Source: Folioceros fuciformis
Taxonomy: Eukaryota
NCBI GenBank assembly: GCA_049999805.1
Contig: JBNGIO010006150.1
Location: 291,952-355,951 of the forward strand
Direction: 5' to 3'
DNA length: 64,000 nucleotides
The notes below the pieces were generated by a model. It had not been told where the DNA came from. It saw nothing but the letters and a program-made list of their open reading frames with translations, and did not search any database. Both the position numbers and the translations under genes were made by a program. Below are positions 26,201-35,395 of the stretch, piece after piece (the first letter of the stretch is position 1; every line of letters begins with the position of its first letter).

Positions 26201-27426
26201 GGTCACTCAAGAGCAAAGACGAAACGATCCAGTTTCTCCAGAAGCGCATTGTTGCAGAACTAAGAGCATTTTGTGCCTCTCCTGAAGGTAGTCCTGGAGT
26301 TGAACTAGTAGAAGGGATCATCAGGACTGACTGTGTGGAGAACCTCACACTCTGCATTCACCGACACAATCAATCGGTTCTCATACAGCATTTGATGAAG
26401 TGCTTTCTAGATCACAAAAGTCATCCAGGGCACAGTGCCTCCGGCTCGGAGTCGTCCGATTATCGATGGTGCTGGCCAGAAATGCCTGAAGCCGGTCTAT
26501 CCCTCGTACACGAGAAAGCCAGTGATCTGTTAAGTAGCGAAGAGGTGGAGTCTGCTTTGCAGGAGTGTAGGCCCCGTTCATCCCTCGACGCAACGAGTGG
26601 CCCTTCAGCTGGAACAAGTCAGCCACTGGTACCGCCTATACTCAAGTCAGGGAAGGAACTATCATACCCTAACGAAAGGGTTAAAGGAGGTCACCGGAGA
26701 GGTCTTGCAATGATAGTCAGCATGGAAGACCACAGACGTGGAGGACAGGTAGACAGAGGGCAGCTTAAAGCTCTCTTCCAGATGTTGAAGTTTCATACAG
26801 ATATCGTGGTGAACAGTCCTAAGGAAGGGACATCAAGGTTGAAAGGCATTCTTAGGAATCCTCGCCTAGCTGAAGACGACTGCTTTCTGTTTTGCGTGAA
26901 CGCCTTTGGTGGGACTGATGAAGACGGAAGAGAGTATGTTTGCTCAGGTGAAGCAGTGAATGCGGAGAAACTTTATGTTGAAGAAGATATTTTGAAGCCC
27001 ATCGGTGAATGCAAGTATTTGGCAAACAAGCCTAAGGTGGTTGTCATAAATGCTTGTCGAGGCACTGGCAGTCTGGTCAGAAGCATGAAAGCACAGGGGT
27101 CGGGCCCCGCCAACCTTGCCACGACCAGCAAACCCGAGGGGTCAGACGTTGAGGGAAGCCAAGGTCCCAGCAAGAGAATCCGACACTTGTATCACGCGAA
27201 AGATTTTCTCATCGTCTTCTCTACCAGTCCTGGAGATTTATCCTTCAGAGATGTTCAGGAAGGCACAAACTTCATCATAGCTTTCGTGAGAGCCATCATT
27301 AAGCACTCTCGAACCGAAGATGTGATGAGCATTCTAACAAGAGTGATTGGGAAGGTCACCAAAATGCAGGGAGTGCAGTGTCCCCAGCTCCTCAGCTCAC
27401 TCACGGGAAAGCTGTACTGGTCTTAA
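23287..27426 (+). CDS. TORNADO1-like Roco protein: RI-type LRRs - ROC GTPase - COR - caspase-like (peptidase C14 p20+p10) domain; probable 87-nt intron 25939-26025
   Basis: Open 1379-aa frame. LRRs (LEYLDLRGSRVG, LNVLYLYRIG, LQELRLDD); G1 CGAPYAGKTT (24661-24690); switch I RTEGIE; G3 WDLAGQ; G4 VVVTHMD; TRN1-like FWLRFIHSNS, FPRFQ|V, GIIRTDCVENL; C-terminal KPKVVVINACRG, DFLIVFSTSPG..SFR..GTNFI, QCPQLLSSLTGKLYWS. Confidence 0.93.
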   Translation: MAEQDDYDWRELPDKLQRLLEDLEGHALTEVPDLDGEEYGDFFRNEASRRKDGRRWRVRKRVLTAIGQCRSLRGHVWVRSKWEIGIAREDECAVLLGALACNRVLESLDLGGCKGFGRLAGCKALGQLIASSRSLRPLEAHRIGLDATGLGALVDGFNQDSVLEYLDLRGSRVGDGQGAQHLARMLATAPHLNVLYLYRIGMDEAGAQSIANALPLCASLQELRLDDRYPDGSYAGRGSVQGSLGPISTVLKLAFTRADAEADAHAAISAVTKLTLEIQNSEEPGLADALAGMLRTNNCIEELIINGFAVKFGLDAWRHNSTLSKLELFDYDGDQSFCEFWMSFLECKSLRTLTLSRVKWPSFMQALVRSLEKNKSLNELRLLNCYHLDDEVFRELMQCLQVNDTLQKIDIEGTNWEWEGKQAIINATLARNVTHRAYWPLLSEWQVAVKPRVGRLFLCGAPYAGKTTLRTTMITAWRASLNLSHRVRLREQLSLAWGWIRSCSRFGAVTRTEGIEMEVLRNDHEMELTIWDLAGQAQYRALQDYLFPSSNQTCVFLFTFNPRDALKPGEPLLSDEMLLVKFRNGFKFWLRFIHSNSRNVGSCLPRVFVVVTHMDDMEDLYAKLLVSLLQPVVEELAKAFEEVLLIRTTPFFMDARSKQTVQPLLEQVFQSFQELFALPLFWVPEACNRFSAGLTLWVSQNLAQPIVTKERCKKLFEEDDEQRLQAILAYLHNAGRVIWFQDADAVVVNPHWISHSFLGRLIHLLTGPSSLGRSPDRGFVAEDLLKDTLAGILKDTQAADRIRVEDLVSLMMRLNLCYRDDANPRPGFFVPFTLDNAEGKALQGKRQLDWKGGAASKYNYVGRQLQCRDETNTFLGPGLFPRFQVRYLVTCLSVASDLSSLGFTDIANGCALQVKLRQILFDGLCGMQSHQYSIARNLIRFNYDGMDVFLESSGDIGAETGDIGDRVDILMRSLKSKDETIQFLQKRIVAELRAFCASPEGSPGVELVEGIIRTDCVENLTLCIHRHNQSVLIQHLMKCFLDHKSHPGHSASGSESSDYRWCWPEMPEAGLSLVHEKASDLLSSEEVESALQECRPRSSLDATSGPSAGTSQPLVPPILKSGKELSYPNERVKGGHRRGLAMIVSMEDHRRGGQVDRGQLKALFQMLKFHTDIVVNSPKEGTSRLKGILRNPRLAEDDCFLFCVNAFGGTDEDGREYVCSGEAVNAEKLYVEEDILKPIGECKYLANKPKVVVINACRGTGSLVRSMKAQGSGPANLATTSKPEGSDVEGSQGPSKRIRHLYHAKDFLIVFSTSPGDLSFRDVQEGTNFIIAFVRAIIKHSRTEDVMSILTRVIGKVTKMQGVQCPQLLSSLTGKLYWS

Positions 27427-28149
27427 CCACTCCATTCTCTGCACATGCCTGGTTGGCTAGCGTGAGGAGCGTGTGGTCAGGTCCTGTAGTGCCTTCCGTC
27501 AAGTGTCAGGTATCAAGTGTCTCTCTAGCTGCATACTGTACTGCCTGTTTGTTGGGGTGGCGAACTGCTTCTGATACGACCTTCTCGCGTCTCCTCCCTT
27601 TCTATGCCTGTTTGGCAAGAAGGTCCTCTCACAGTGGCCTGGTGTGGATGAACAGATGATGGGTCATGGAGGCGATGTGTAGGGATGGAAGATCGTGCTC
27701 TGTTCGTACACAGCTGGGAGCTCGTGGTTTCGACACGAAAGTCCAAGTTTGGGGTCTTCTGGTGTTGACATTGTTGTGTACACCAGCGTGAGGATGTCCC
27801 TCTCTGAATTGGCGTTGGGAGCTTGTGCCTTCATGTCACAGTGACACCAGACAGCACGCAGCGGTATCTCCGAAGCATTGTCATAACTGGATTAGGGTTG
27901 CTCGCCCGTGAAGGGGCCTTGTCGCGTGTTTTGGGTTTGGGGCTGTCGCCGTCGTTTATCCTGGTTTGGACCACGTCCTGCACTCTATTCCTCTTTCAAT
28001 AAAGCCCGGGGTTTAGGGTTTAGCGAGTCCCAATCAGCAGCAGCCAAGAACCGTGTTGCGTTGTACCGAGAGCTGCTTGTAGTGGCATATCTGACATCTC
28101 TTGGCCGGCGCCGGTTCAGATTCAAGAAATAGTAGACCGACCGGGTTGG

Positions 28150-29900
28150 TGCTGTGTTGAGCTCTGTTTCCGTATGTGCAGTCACCGGGGGAATTGGCAG
28201 GACGTCCAGAAGCGGATTTCAAGTAAATTCTCGTGGATGAAACTCCAGTTGCCTAATGCACAGGCACAGGTTTCCAGTAAGTTGTTCTTGTCGGGATTCC
28301 TCAGGATGTGAAAGGGAATCGTGAACGGGGCGTGTGTGGGTGTTAGTACGCAGTGGTTTCCATTAGCCGGGCTGTGCGACTCGTTTCGGCTTGCTGCACA
28401 GCAATATGTAAAGCGTTTCCTCCGAGATGCAGATTCTCATCGCTGATGGCTGGCTGGAGAAGAGAGACAACTTGAACGGGGCGTGTGTCGGTGTTGGAGG
28501 GCAGATGTATCATTAGCCGGGCTGTTGGACTCGATTAGGTTATGTGTACGGCGCGGACTCCGTGAGGCTGAGCTGATTCTCATGCCTGATGGTTGGCTGA
28601 AAAGAAAGACAACTTGGCCAGTCGTCAAGCCAACGTGTCTAAATTCCTCCCGACTCGTGTCCACTTCGTACCCGGCCAAACGCACAGTGTTTTGCGGTCT
28701 TGTAGGGCAGAGATGTGGAACATGGATGCCTGCCTTCCAGCAGAACGGCCCATTGGTCCTGGCCTGTCTTGCACTGCCACCCCTCCAACCGGATGCCTTG
28801 ACCCCTCCCATTGAGTTGAGTTCATGACCGGGGAATGCCAATGGCATCATGCGCAAATGCAGAGGTGAAGGGGAATTCTCCTCTACGACCTACCCCTACC
28901 ATGTCCAGCAGACTTCCAAACAGGCTGAAATCGGAAAGGACGACTCGAGTCTATCCGGAACAGGATCCTTGAGGGGGTCACAAATTGAGGGTATATCTTT
29001 CCCCAAGGTGGTGGATGGGACTGGTTCTAGCTTGATATTTGGGGAGGCATGAGGGTACTGGGCGCATTAACGTGCCAACTGCTAAACAAGATCAACATTG
29101 GAGGCCGCTGGAGGAGGTAACCTTATATTCGTTTTGAACTATGAACGATAAAGGCCATAGCCATTACCCAAAAGCTATGGATCTACATAGGGCTGTGCAA
29201 TGTTGAGCTCTGTTTCCGTTTGTGTAGTTACCGTGGGAATTGGCGGGAGCTCCGAAAGCAGATTCGAGTAAATTTTCGTTGATGAACCTCCAGTTGCCTA
29301 ATGCAGTGGTTGATTTCAAGTAGGTCGTTCATCTCGGGATCCTTCAGGATGTCAAGGGGAACTGGGAACGGGACGCATGGCGGTGTTGGCTGTGCGACTC
29401 GTTCCGCCTAGCTGAATAGCAATGTGTAAGGCGTTGCCTCCGAGATGCAGATTCTCATCCCTGATGGCTGGCTGCCAAAGTGAGACAACTTGGCCAGTCA
29501 GCGAGCCAACTTGTCTTTCCTTCTGACTCATGTCCAGTTTGTACCGGGCCAAAGGCATAGTGCTGTGTTGATGTGGAACATGGTTGCCAGCCTTCCAACA
29601 GAACGGCCCATTCGTCCTGGCCTGTCTTGCACTGCCACCGCTCCAATCGGATGCCTGACGGCTAACATGAGTTCATGACCGGGGCAACGCCAATGGCATC
29701 ATGCTCAAATGAGGAGGCGCAGAAGGAATTTCTTCTACGCCCTACCATGTACAGCAGACAATCTCTGTTCCTGCCTTCCAAACAGGCTGAAAGTGGAGAG
29801 GACGAGAACTTATTCAGAACAGGACCCTTTCTACCTGGGGAATTCGGCTGACCCCCGTCCATAAATTGAGGGTTTGTCTCCCGACAATGTGGAGGATGGG
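28150..29900. repeat. Two diverged direct repeats (~28155-29010 and ~29200-29900), probably decayed minus-strand coding sequence
   Basis: Shared blocks tgttgagctctgtttccgt, ctccagttgcctaatgca, cagaacggcccatt.gtcctggcctgtcttgcactgccacc, gagttcatgaccggg..a.gccaatggcatcatgc. Confidence 0.8.
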
Positions 29901-30126
29901 ACTGTTTTTTCTCTCCTTGTTTGGTCCTTGTTTGGCACACACTGAATAGGATAATTACATAGTTTGTGTGAATGGGAGAATTGCATAGTTTGTATGGGTA
30001 GTGGACGTTAGTTTGTGTATCTCCTTCCCTGCGCTCTGTCGACGAATCGCCCTCTACATTCATTCAGCATGCTCGCCTCCATGATTACGATAGCTGAGCT
30101 AACCTGAGTACAACGGGCGGCAGACC

Positions 30127-30420
30127 TTTTGATGCACACACAGTTCAGAACGACATACAAACTGTTTCTCATTCGAATGAGCAATCTGACTTTTCTCCCG
30201 TTCACAGGCATGATGTAGGATTTGAAGCAACCCAGAAGGGCAGTCTCATTGGACGGGATGACGATGAATGGGGTAGGAGCCTAACTGAGTTGAGCAGAGC
30301 TCAGGTGGCGGGATCCTACGGTCCATAAACCTACCTTCCATATGAAGGAAGGCATCTCTCCTGCAAGATGCAGTGTTGCAACAATCATTTTCTGTCCTGT
30401 TGTGACAAGTGGGGGAGGGA
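30127..30420 (+). promoter_or_regulatory. Third, more diverged copy of the Roco upstream module
   Basis: ttttgatgcacacacagttcagaacgaca...agcaatctgacttttct...gggatgacgatgaatgggg. Confidence 0.45.
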
Positions 30421-30507
30421 AGGAAAGTGGAAGCAGCAACTTAGGAAACTTTTGCCTCAAAAGCTCCTCAATGCAACCTTGGACCAGGACACCAGATCCT
30501 CAAAAAC

Positions 30508-32345
30508 ATGGAAGCGGACGAGATTCGTGCTGAAGATCTCGTATTATTGATGAAGAGACAAAACTTGTGCTATGAAGATGATGCGAATCCTAGCCCTGGA
30601 TTCTTCGTTCCCTTCACCCTGGATGACGCAGAAAGTAAAGGTCTGCAATGGAGACGACAGTTGGTCTGGAAGGGTGGTACAGCGCGCAAGTACACCTACT
30701 TAGGGAGGCAGCCACGACGCCGAGAGACTGGAAGGGTGGTACAGTGCGCACGTGCAACTACTTATAGAGGTGGCCACAATGCCGAGATAAAGGAAGACGT
30801 TTCTCGTCCAGGCTTCTTTCCAAGGTTCCAAGTACGTTACCTTGTGAGGTCTGTGACATTCCGCTAGTGATATATGCTCTCTTTGCTTTCATGCCATGGC
30901 CAATGGTTGTGCATTGCAGGTCAAGTTACGACCTTGTTTGATGGACTCGACGGCATGCAGTGTCATCAGTATAGCATTGCACGCAACTTGATGAAATTTA
31001 ACTACTTTGTTATGGACGTATTTTTGTAGAGCAGTGGGGATATTGGAGAGGAGACCGGGGACATTGGTTATCGTGTTTGATGAGGTCACTGAAGAGCAAA
31101 GACGAAACGATCGAATTTCTCCAGCAGAGTATTGTTGCGGAACTGAAAGCATTTTATGCGTCTCCTGAAGGGACTCCTGGACTTGAGCTAGTGGAAGGGA
31201 TCATTAGGACTGAGTGTGTGGAGAACCTCAGAGAAGGAACCATCATATCCAAAGTCAGTCACAGGGACCGCCTCTACTGCAGTCAGGGAAGGAACCATCA
31301 TATCCAAACGAAAGGGTGAAAGCAGGTCAGCGGCGAGGTCTTGCAATGACAGTCAGTATAGTAAAAGGCAGAGATGGAGGACAGCTGGACAGAGGACGAC
31401 TTGACGTGGTTCTCCGCGGTGTGCCCTTGAAGTTTGAGATTGCTTGTGTGGTGGACGATGTTAAGGAATAATAATCAACGTTGGAGCACCTTCTCAGGCA
31501 TCCTGACTTAGAAAAGGACGATTGCTTTCTGTTTCGCGTTAATGCTCACGATGCGAGTGACGAAGATGGTAGAGAGTATGTTTGCTTAGGTGAAGCAGAC
31601 AAGGCGGACAAGCTTCATGTTGAAGAAGATATTTTGAAGCCCATAGCTGGATGCGGGAAGTTGACAAACAAGCCTAAGGTGGTTGTCATAAATAGTTGTC
31701 GAGGCACTGGCAGTCTTGCCAAAAGCGTGAAAGCGCAGGGTTCAGGCACCGCCAACCTTGCCACTAGCAGCAAAGCCATGGGCTCGCACGTTGAGGAAAG
31801 CCAGGGTCCCAGCAAGAGAATTTGACCCCTGTATTATGCGAGCGACTTTCTGTGTTTTGCGTCAATGCCCATGGTCGAACTGAAGAAGCTGGTAGACAGT
31901 ATGTTTCCTTAGGTCAAGCAGACAAGGCCGAGAAGCTTTATGTTGAAGATGATATTGTGAAGCCGATCGCAGAATTCAGGTATTTGGCAAACCAGGCAGG
32001 TGCTTGGCATAAGGTGCGAACAATACAGGTGCTTGTCATAAATGCCTGTCGAGGCACTGGCAGTCTTGTGGAAAGGATGGAAAAGCAGGGTCAGGCACCG
32101 CCAGCCCTGCCACTGGCAACAAAGCTGACGGGTCTGGTGTTGAGGAAAGCCAGGGTGCCAGCACGAGAATTCGACTCCGTCATTCTTTGACCGACGTTCT
32201 CGTGGTTTCTCCACGAGTCCTGGAGGTAATACTTGTGGAGACGTCAAGGAAGGCACAAACTTCATCATGGCTTTCATGGAAGCCATCATTGAGCACTCTC
32301 TGATAGAAGCGTGATGTACATTCTAGCAAGCGTGATTCGCAAGCC
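30508..32345 (+). pseudogene. Roco-caspase pseudogene, copy C: distal COR + duplicated caspase p20 segment + p10
   Basis: ADEIRAEDLV..NLCYEDDANPSPGFFVPFTLD, EGIIRTECVENL, QRRGLAM, FRVNAHD..KPKVVVINSCRG, then FCVNAHG..INACRG, then VVSPRVLEV/GTNFIMAF; multiple stops and frameshifts; same intron (30832-30919). Confidence 0.92.
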
Positions 32346-32573
32346 CAGGGGCATGGAGGTTCCGCAAATAACCGTACAAGGATGGGAGGAAAGATTCCAG
32401 ATTCCAGGGTCCCGAGGTCGATAAAAAGCTCCCGTGGTCTTATCATTCCATGCCCTCCATATGCCTGGCTAGCGTGTGGCCAGCTGGGGCCTGTTGTGCT
32501 GTCAATCAAATGTCAGGTATCGACTTCAGCTACATATCGATTGTTTGTCGGTGACTGTATCAAACTGCATCTG

Positions 32574-33814
32574 AGGCCTACACATCGATACCCGATGGAA
32601 GTTAATGCCTGCCACAGCCCGTGCGGTACGGCTGTGCCAGGCCTTACGGCGCCATTTCGTTTCGCCCAACGACGCGGCCTTACCAGTTCTCATCCTCCGT
32701 CCCGTGAGTTGAACGCTGTCTTGCAGTGTGCAGTCATGCGATGGTAAACCATGCGTGCATGAACCATGTGCATGAACCATGCTCGGATCACGCGATAATA
32801 AACCAGGCGCTTATCCTGAGAGTTCCCGGTTACGATGAACTTAATGTGTTGAGAGCGGAAGGAACGCTAATGGAACGCTGGCTTTGAGAGCACGTTATCT
32901 TTTTGTCTCGCTGTTTCCTCTAGAAGCGTTGATTGCTTGTCTATCATACCTTGATGGAAAGCTTACAACAAGATGGACAAGCCGGTGTGAAGCACGCTCG
33001 GTTTCAATGAAAGGTGACAGACATATGAGCAAAGGAAGCCTTTGAAAGGCATGCCATCTATTTCTCTACCCGCTTTGTCCAGATGAGTCAAATGCTTTCT
33101 TATCATACTTCAATGAAAAGCTTACAACAAGACGGACAAGCCGGTATGAAGCGCGCTAGGTTCCGATGAGAGAAGACGGAGATATGAGCGAAAGACACCT
33201 TTGAAAGGCCTGTCATCTTTTTGTCTACCAGCTTTCCCCAGATGAGTCAAATGCTTTCTTATCAGGCTTTGATGGAAACCTTATAACATGACGGACACGT
33301 CGGTGTGCAGCACACCTGGTTTCGATCAAAGATGAAGGAGATATGAACCGAAGAAGCTTTTGAAAGGCACTTCACATTTGTCTGCCCGCTGTCTCCTGAA
33401 GAGTCAAATGCTTCCCTATCATACATCGATGAAAAGCTTACAACGAGACGGACAAGCCGGTATGCAGGCTACTTGGCTTCGATCAAGGACAACAGAGCTA
33501 CTACGAAAAGCTGCCTTTGAAACAATGGTCACAGTTTCCAAGTCACTACTTTTTTCCTTCTTCCTTGGCACTTCATCAAACCCTCTTAACCGTTGCAAAC
33601 TGTTTGAACTTCTTTCGCAGGCAGCTCTTGTAATGGCATTTGTGACCAAGGTGTCTCTCTCGGGCTCAGCTCACGGACGGAGGATGAAAACTGGTAAGGC
33701 CGCGTCGTTGGGCGAAACGGAATGGCTTTTGGCACCAGCCGTATGGCCTGGCACAACCGTACCGCACGGGCTGTGGCAGGCATTAACTTCCATCGGGTAT
33801 CGATGTGTAGGCCC
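32574..33814. mobile_element. Non-autonomous TIR DNA transposon (hAT- or Mutator-like) with ~140-bp terminal inverted repeats
   Basis: 32575-32710 (ggcctacacatcgatacccgatggaagttaatgcctgccacagcccgtgcggtacgg...) is the reverse complement of ~33667-33813; possible decayed 8-bp TSD tgcatctg / tgcaccca. Confidence 0.78.
32925..33520. repeat. ~158-bp tandem repeats (3-4 copies) inside the TIR element
   Basis: gagtcaaatgctt.c.tatca...gaaaagcttacaac.aga.ggacaagccggt.tg...tttgaaaggc recurring at ~32930, 33085, 33244 and 33401. Confidence 0.85.
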
Positions 33815-34242
33815 TGCACCCACAACGGCTCACAACGGTAGCATACACATTTCCAAGGCTGCCACATGTAACATCATAGACTCGCCAGAATTTGTGTTGT
33901 TGCATGCCAGCTTAGATTTCGTTGAGTTTCCTGACCTACACACTGGTGACCAATATTCAATCCATTTGGAGACATGCACATGCATATGTCTGCAGGTTGG
34001 CTAACCGGTGGATAGCGAGCAAGCATGTACAAGTCCAATTGCAAATCCGGCTGTTCCGGAGAACCGAATCTGCCTCTAGTCGTCTTCCAAGATGTGATTG
34101 TGAATTTCCTCGTCCTTTCGAAAGGCCTTGTTACTGAGCGCTTTCAGGATGTGTCCAAAAATGTTCGGGGCACATGCGAACGCGGACGCCGCAACTCCGG
34201 CTCAGATTAGGCCCTCGGGGTTCGGGTTCATGCGAACCCACC

Positions 34243-35395
34243 CTTAGTCCCCGCGGCCCGGTGACGGAAATGCGTCAGGTGCATATCGATCCTGGCGGCT
34301 TTGCCAGTGCCACACAAGTAAGGCAGTGGAAAGCGTGCGCATCTGCCTGGTTTGAAGAACTGTCGCAGCCCTTGTGTTGCTTGTTCATGGTTTGATCTTT
34401 CGGCTTGCTTTCAGGTGGACCAAGGGCACGTCAGGCAGTGTGGAACAATCTCATTGCGGACAGCAGTACTGGCAAGGTATGATGCTCTGGTGGCTGTGGA
34501 TTAGCTGTTGAATTCCAGAGCACCCAGGCACGGACTGACTCGCACTTAGTGCACTGCAAAACGGGGACAGCTGCTTGCTTTGAATCCTGGTCGAACCAGA
34601 TGCAGTGCAGATCCGCTGCCCTCAACCGTTCGTTCAGCCAGGGACTCTAGCCGCAATCATTCATTGGCTCGTTCATGCAGGGTGGGCATCCAGCCAGCAC
34701 ACCAACAGAAACAGATACGAGTGATGGTCATGGAGGTCTCGCCTCATTAAGTTATGATGCGGTCTTCAAGAGTTCCGACCGTTAGGAATGCATTTTTGAT
34801 CGAACTTGGCCCACTGCTGGAAGAGCGTCGGATTGATCATGGTGCATGCTAGTCCTCGGGACTGGAAATTTAATGCCAGGACTACAGCAGAAGGGAATAG
34901 TAGGATGTGCGAAGCCGTGATGCAGACCAGATTTAGTCCCCGCGGCCCGGCGACGGAAATGTGTCAGGTGCATTTCAAGCTTGGCGAGCTTGCCAGCGCC
35001 ACCCAAGTAATGCAGTGGAAAGCGTGCGCATCTGCCTGGTTTGACGATCTGTCGCAGCCCTTGTATTGCTTATTCATGGTTTGTTCTTTAGGCTTGCTTT
35101 CTGGTGGGCCAAGAGGACGTCCGGCAGTGTGGGACAATTTCATTGCGGACAGCACTACTGACAAGGTATGATGCTCTGGTGGCTGGAGGGTTAGCTGTAG
35201 AACTCGAGAGCACACAGGCACGGACTGACTCGAAGTTAATGGACTGCAAAAAGGGAAGAGCTGCTCGTCTTGAATCGTGGTCGAACCAGGTGCACTGCAG
35301 ATCAGCTACCCTCAACAGTTCATTCAGCCAGGCACTCTACCATCAATCAATCGTTCATTGGCTCGTTCATCCAGGGTGGGCAACCAGGCAGGACA
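34243..35395. repeat. Direct duplication (~34243-34700 vs ~34932-35395) of the 3' end and downstream region of the lipase pseudogene
   Basis: ttagtccccgcggcccgg.gacggaaatg.gtcaggtgcat...gttcagccagg.actcta shared; both copies end a minus-strand frame with L.AHP.*. Confidence 0.85.

Noticed and set aside
26905-26907. RNA editing restoring the catalytic His
   Set aside because: TTT to CAT needs a U-to-A change as well, and plant C/U editing is organellar.
26690-27423. Ordinary plant metacaspase
   Set aside because: Lacks DACHSG/DSCHSG and SGHG motifs; has KPK..NACRG and caspase-like p10 motifs instead.
23287-27426. NB-ARC/NACHT NLR, or a true TORNADO1 orthologue
   Set aside because: The P-loop is followed by small-GTPase G2-G4 motifs and the LRRs are N-terminal; the C-terminus differs from TRN1, so no gene symbol is given.
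28009-28023. Telomeric repeats (also near 110, 36203 and 36336)
   Set aside because: Only 1-2 units each; consistent with telo-box-like motifs or chance.
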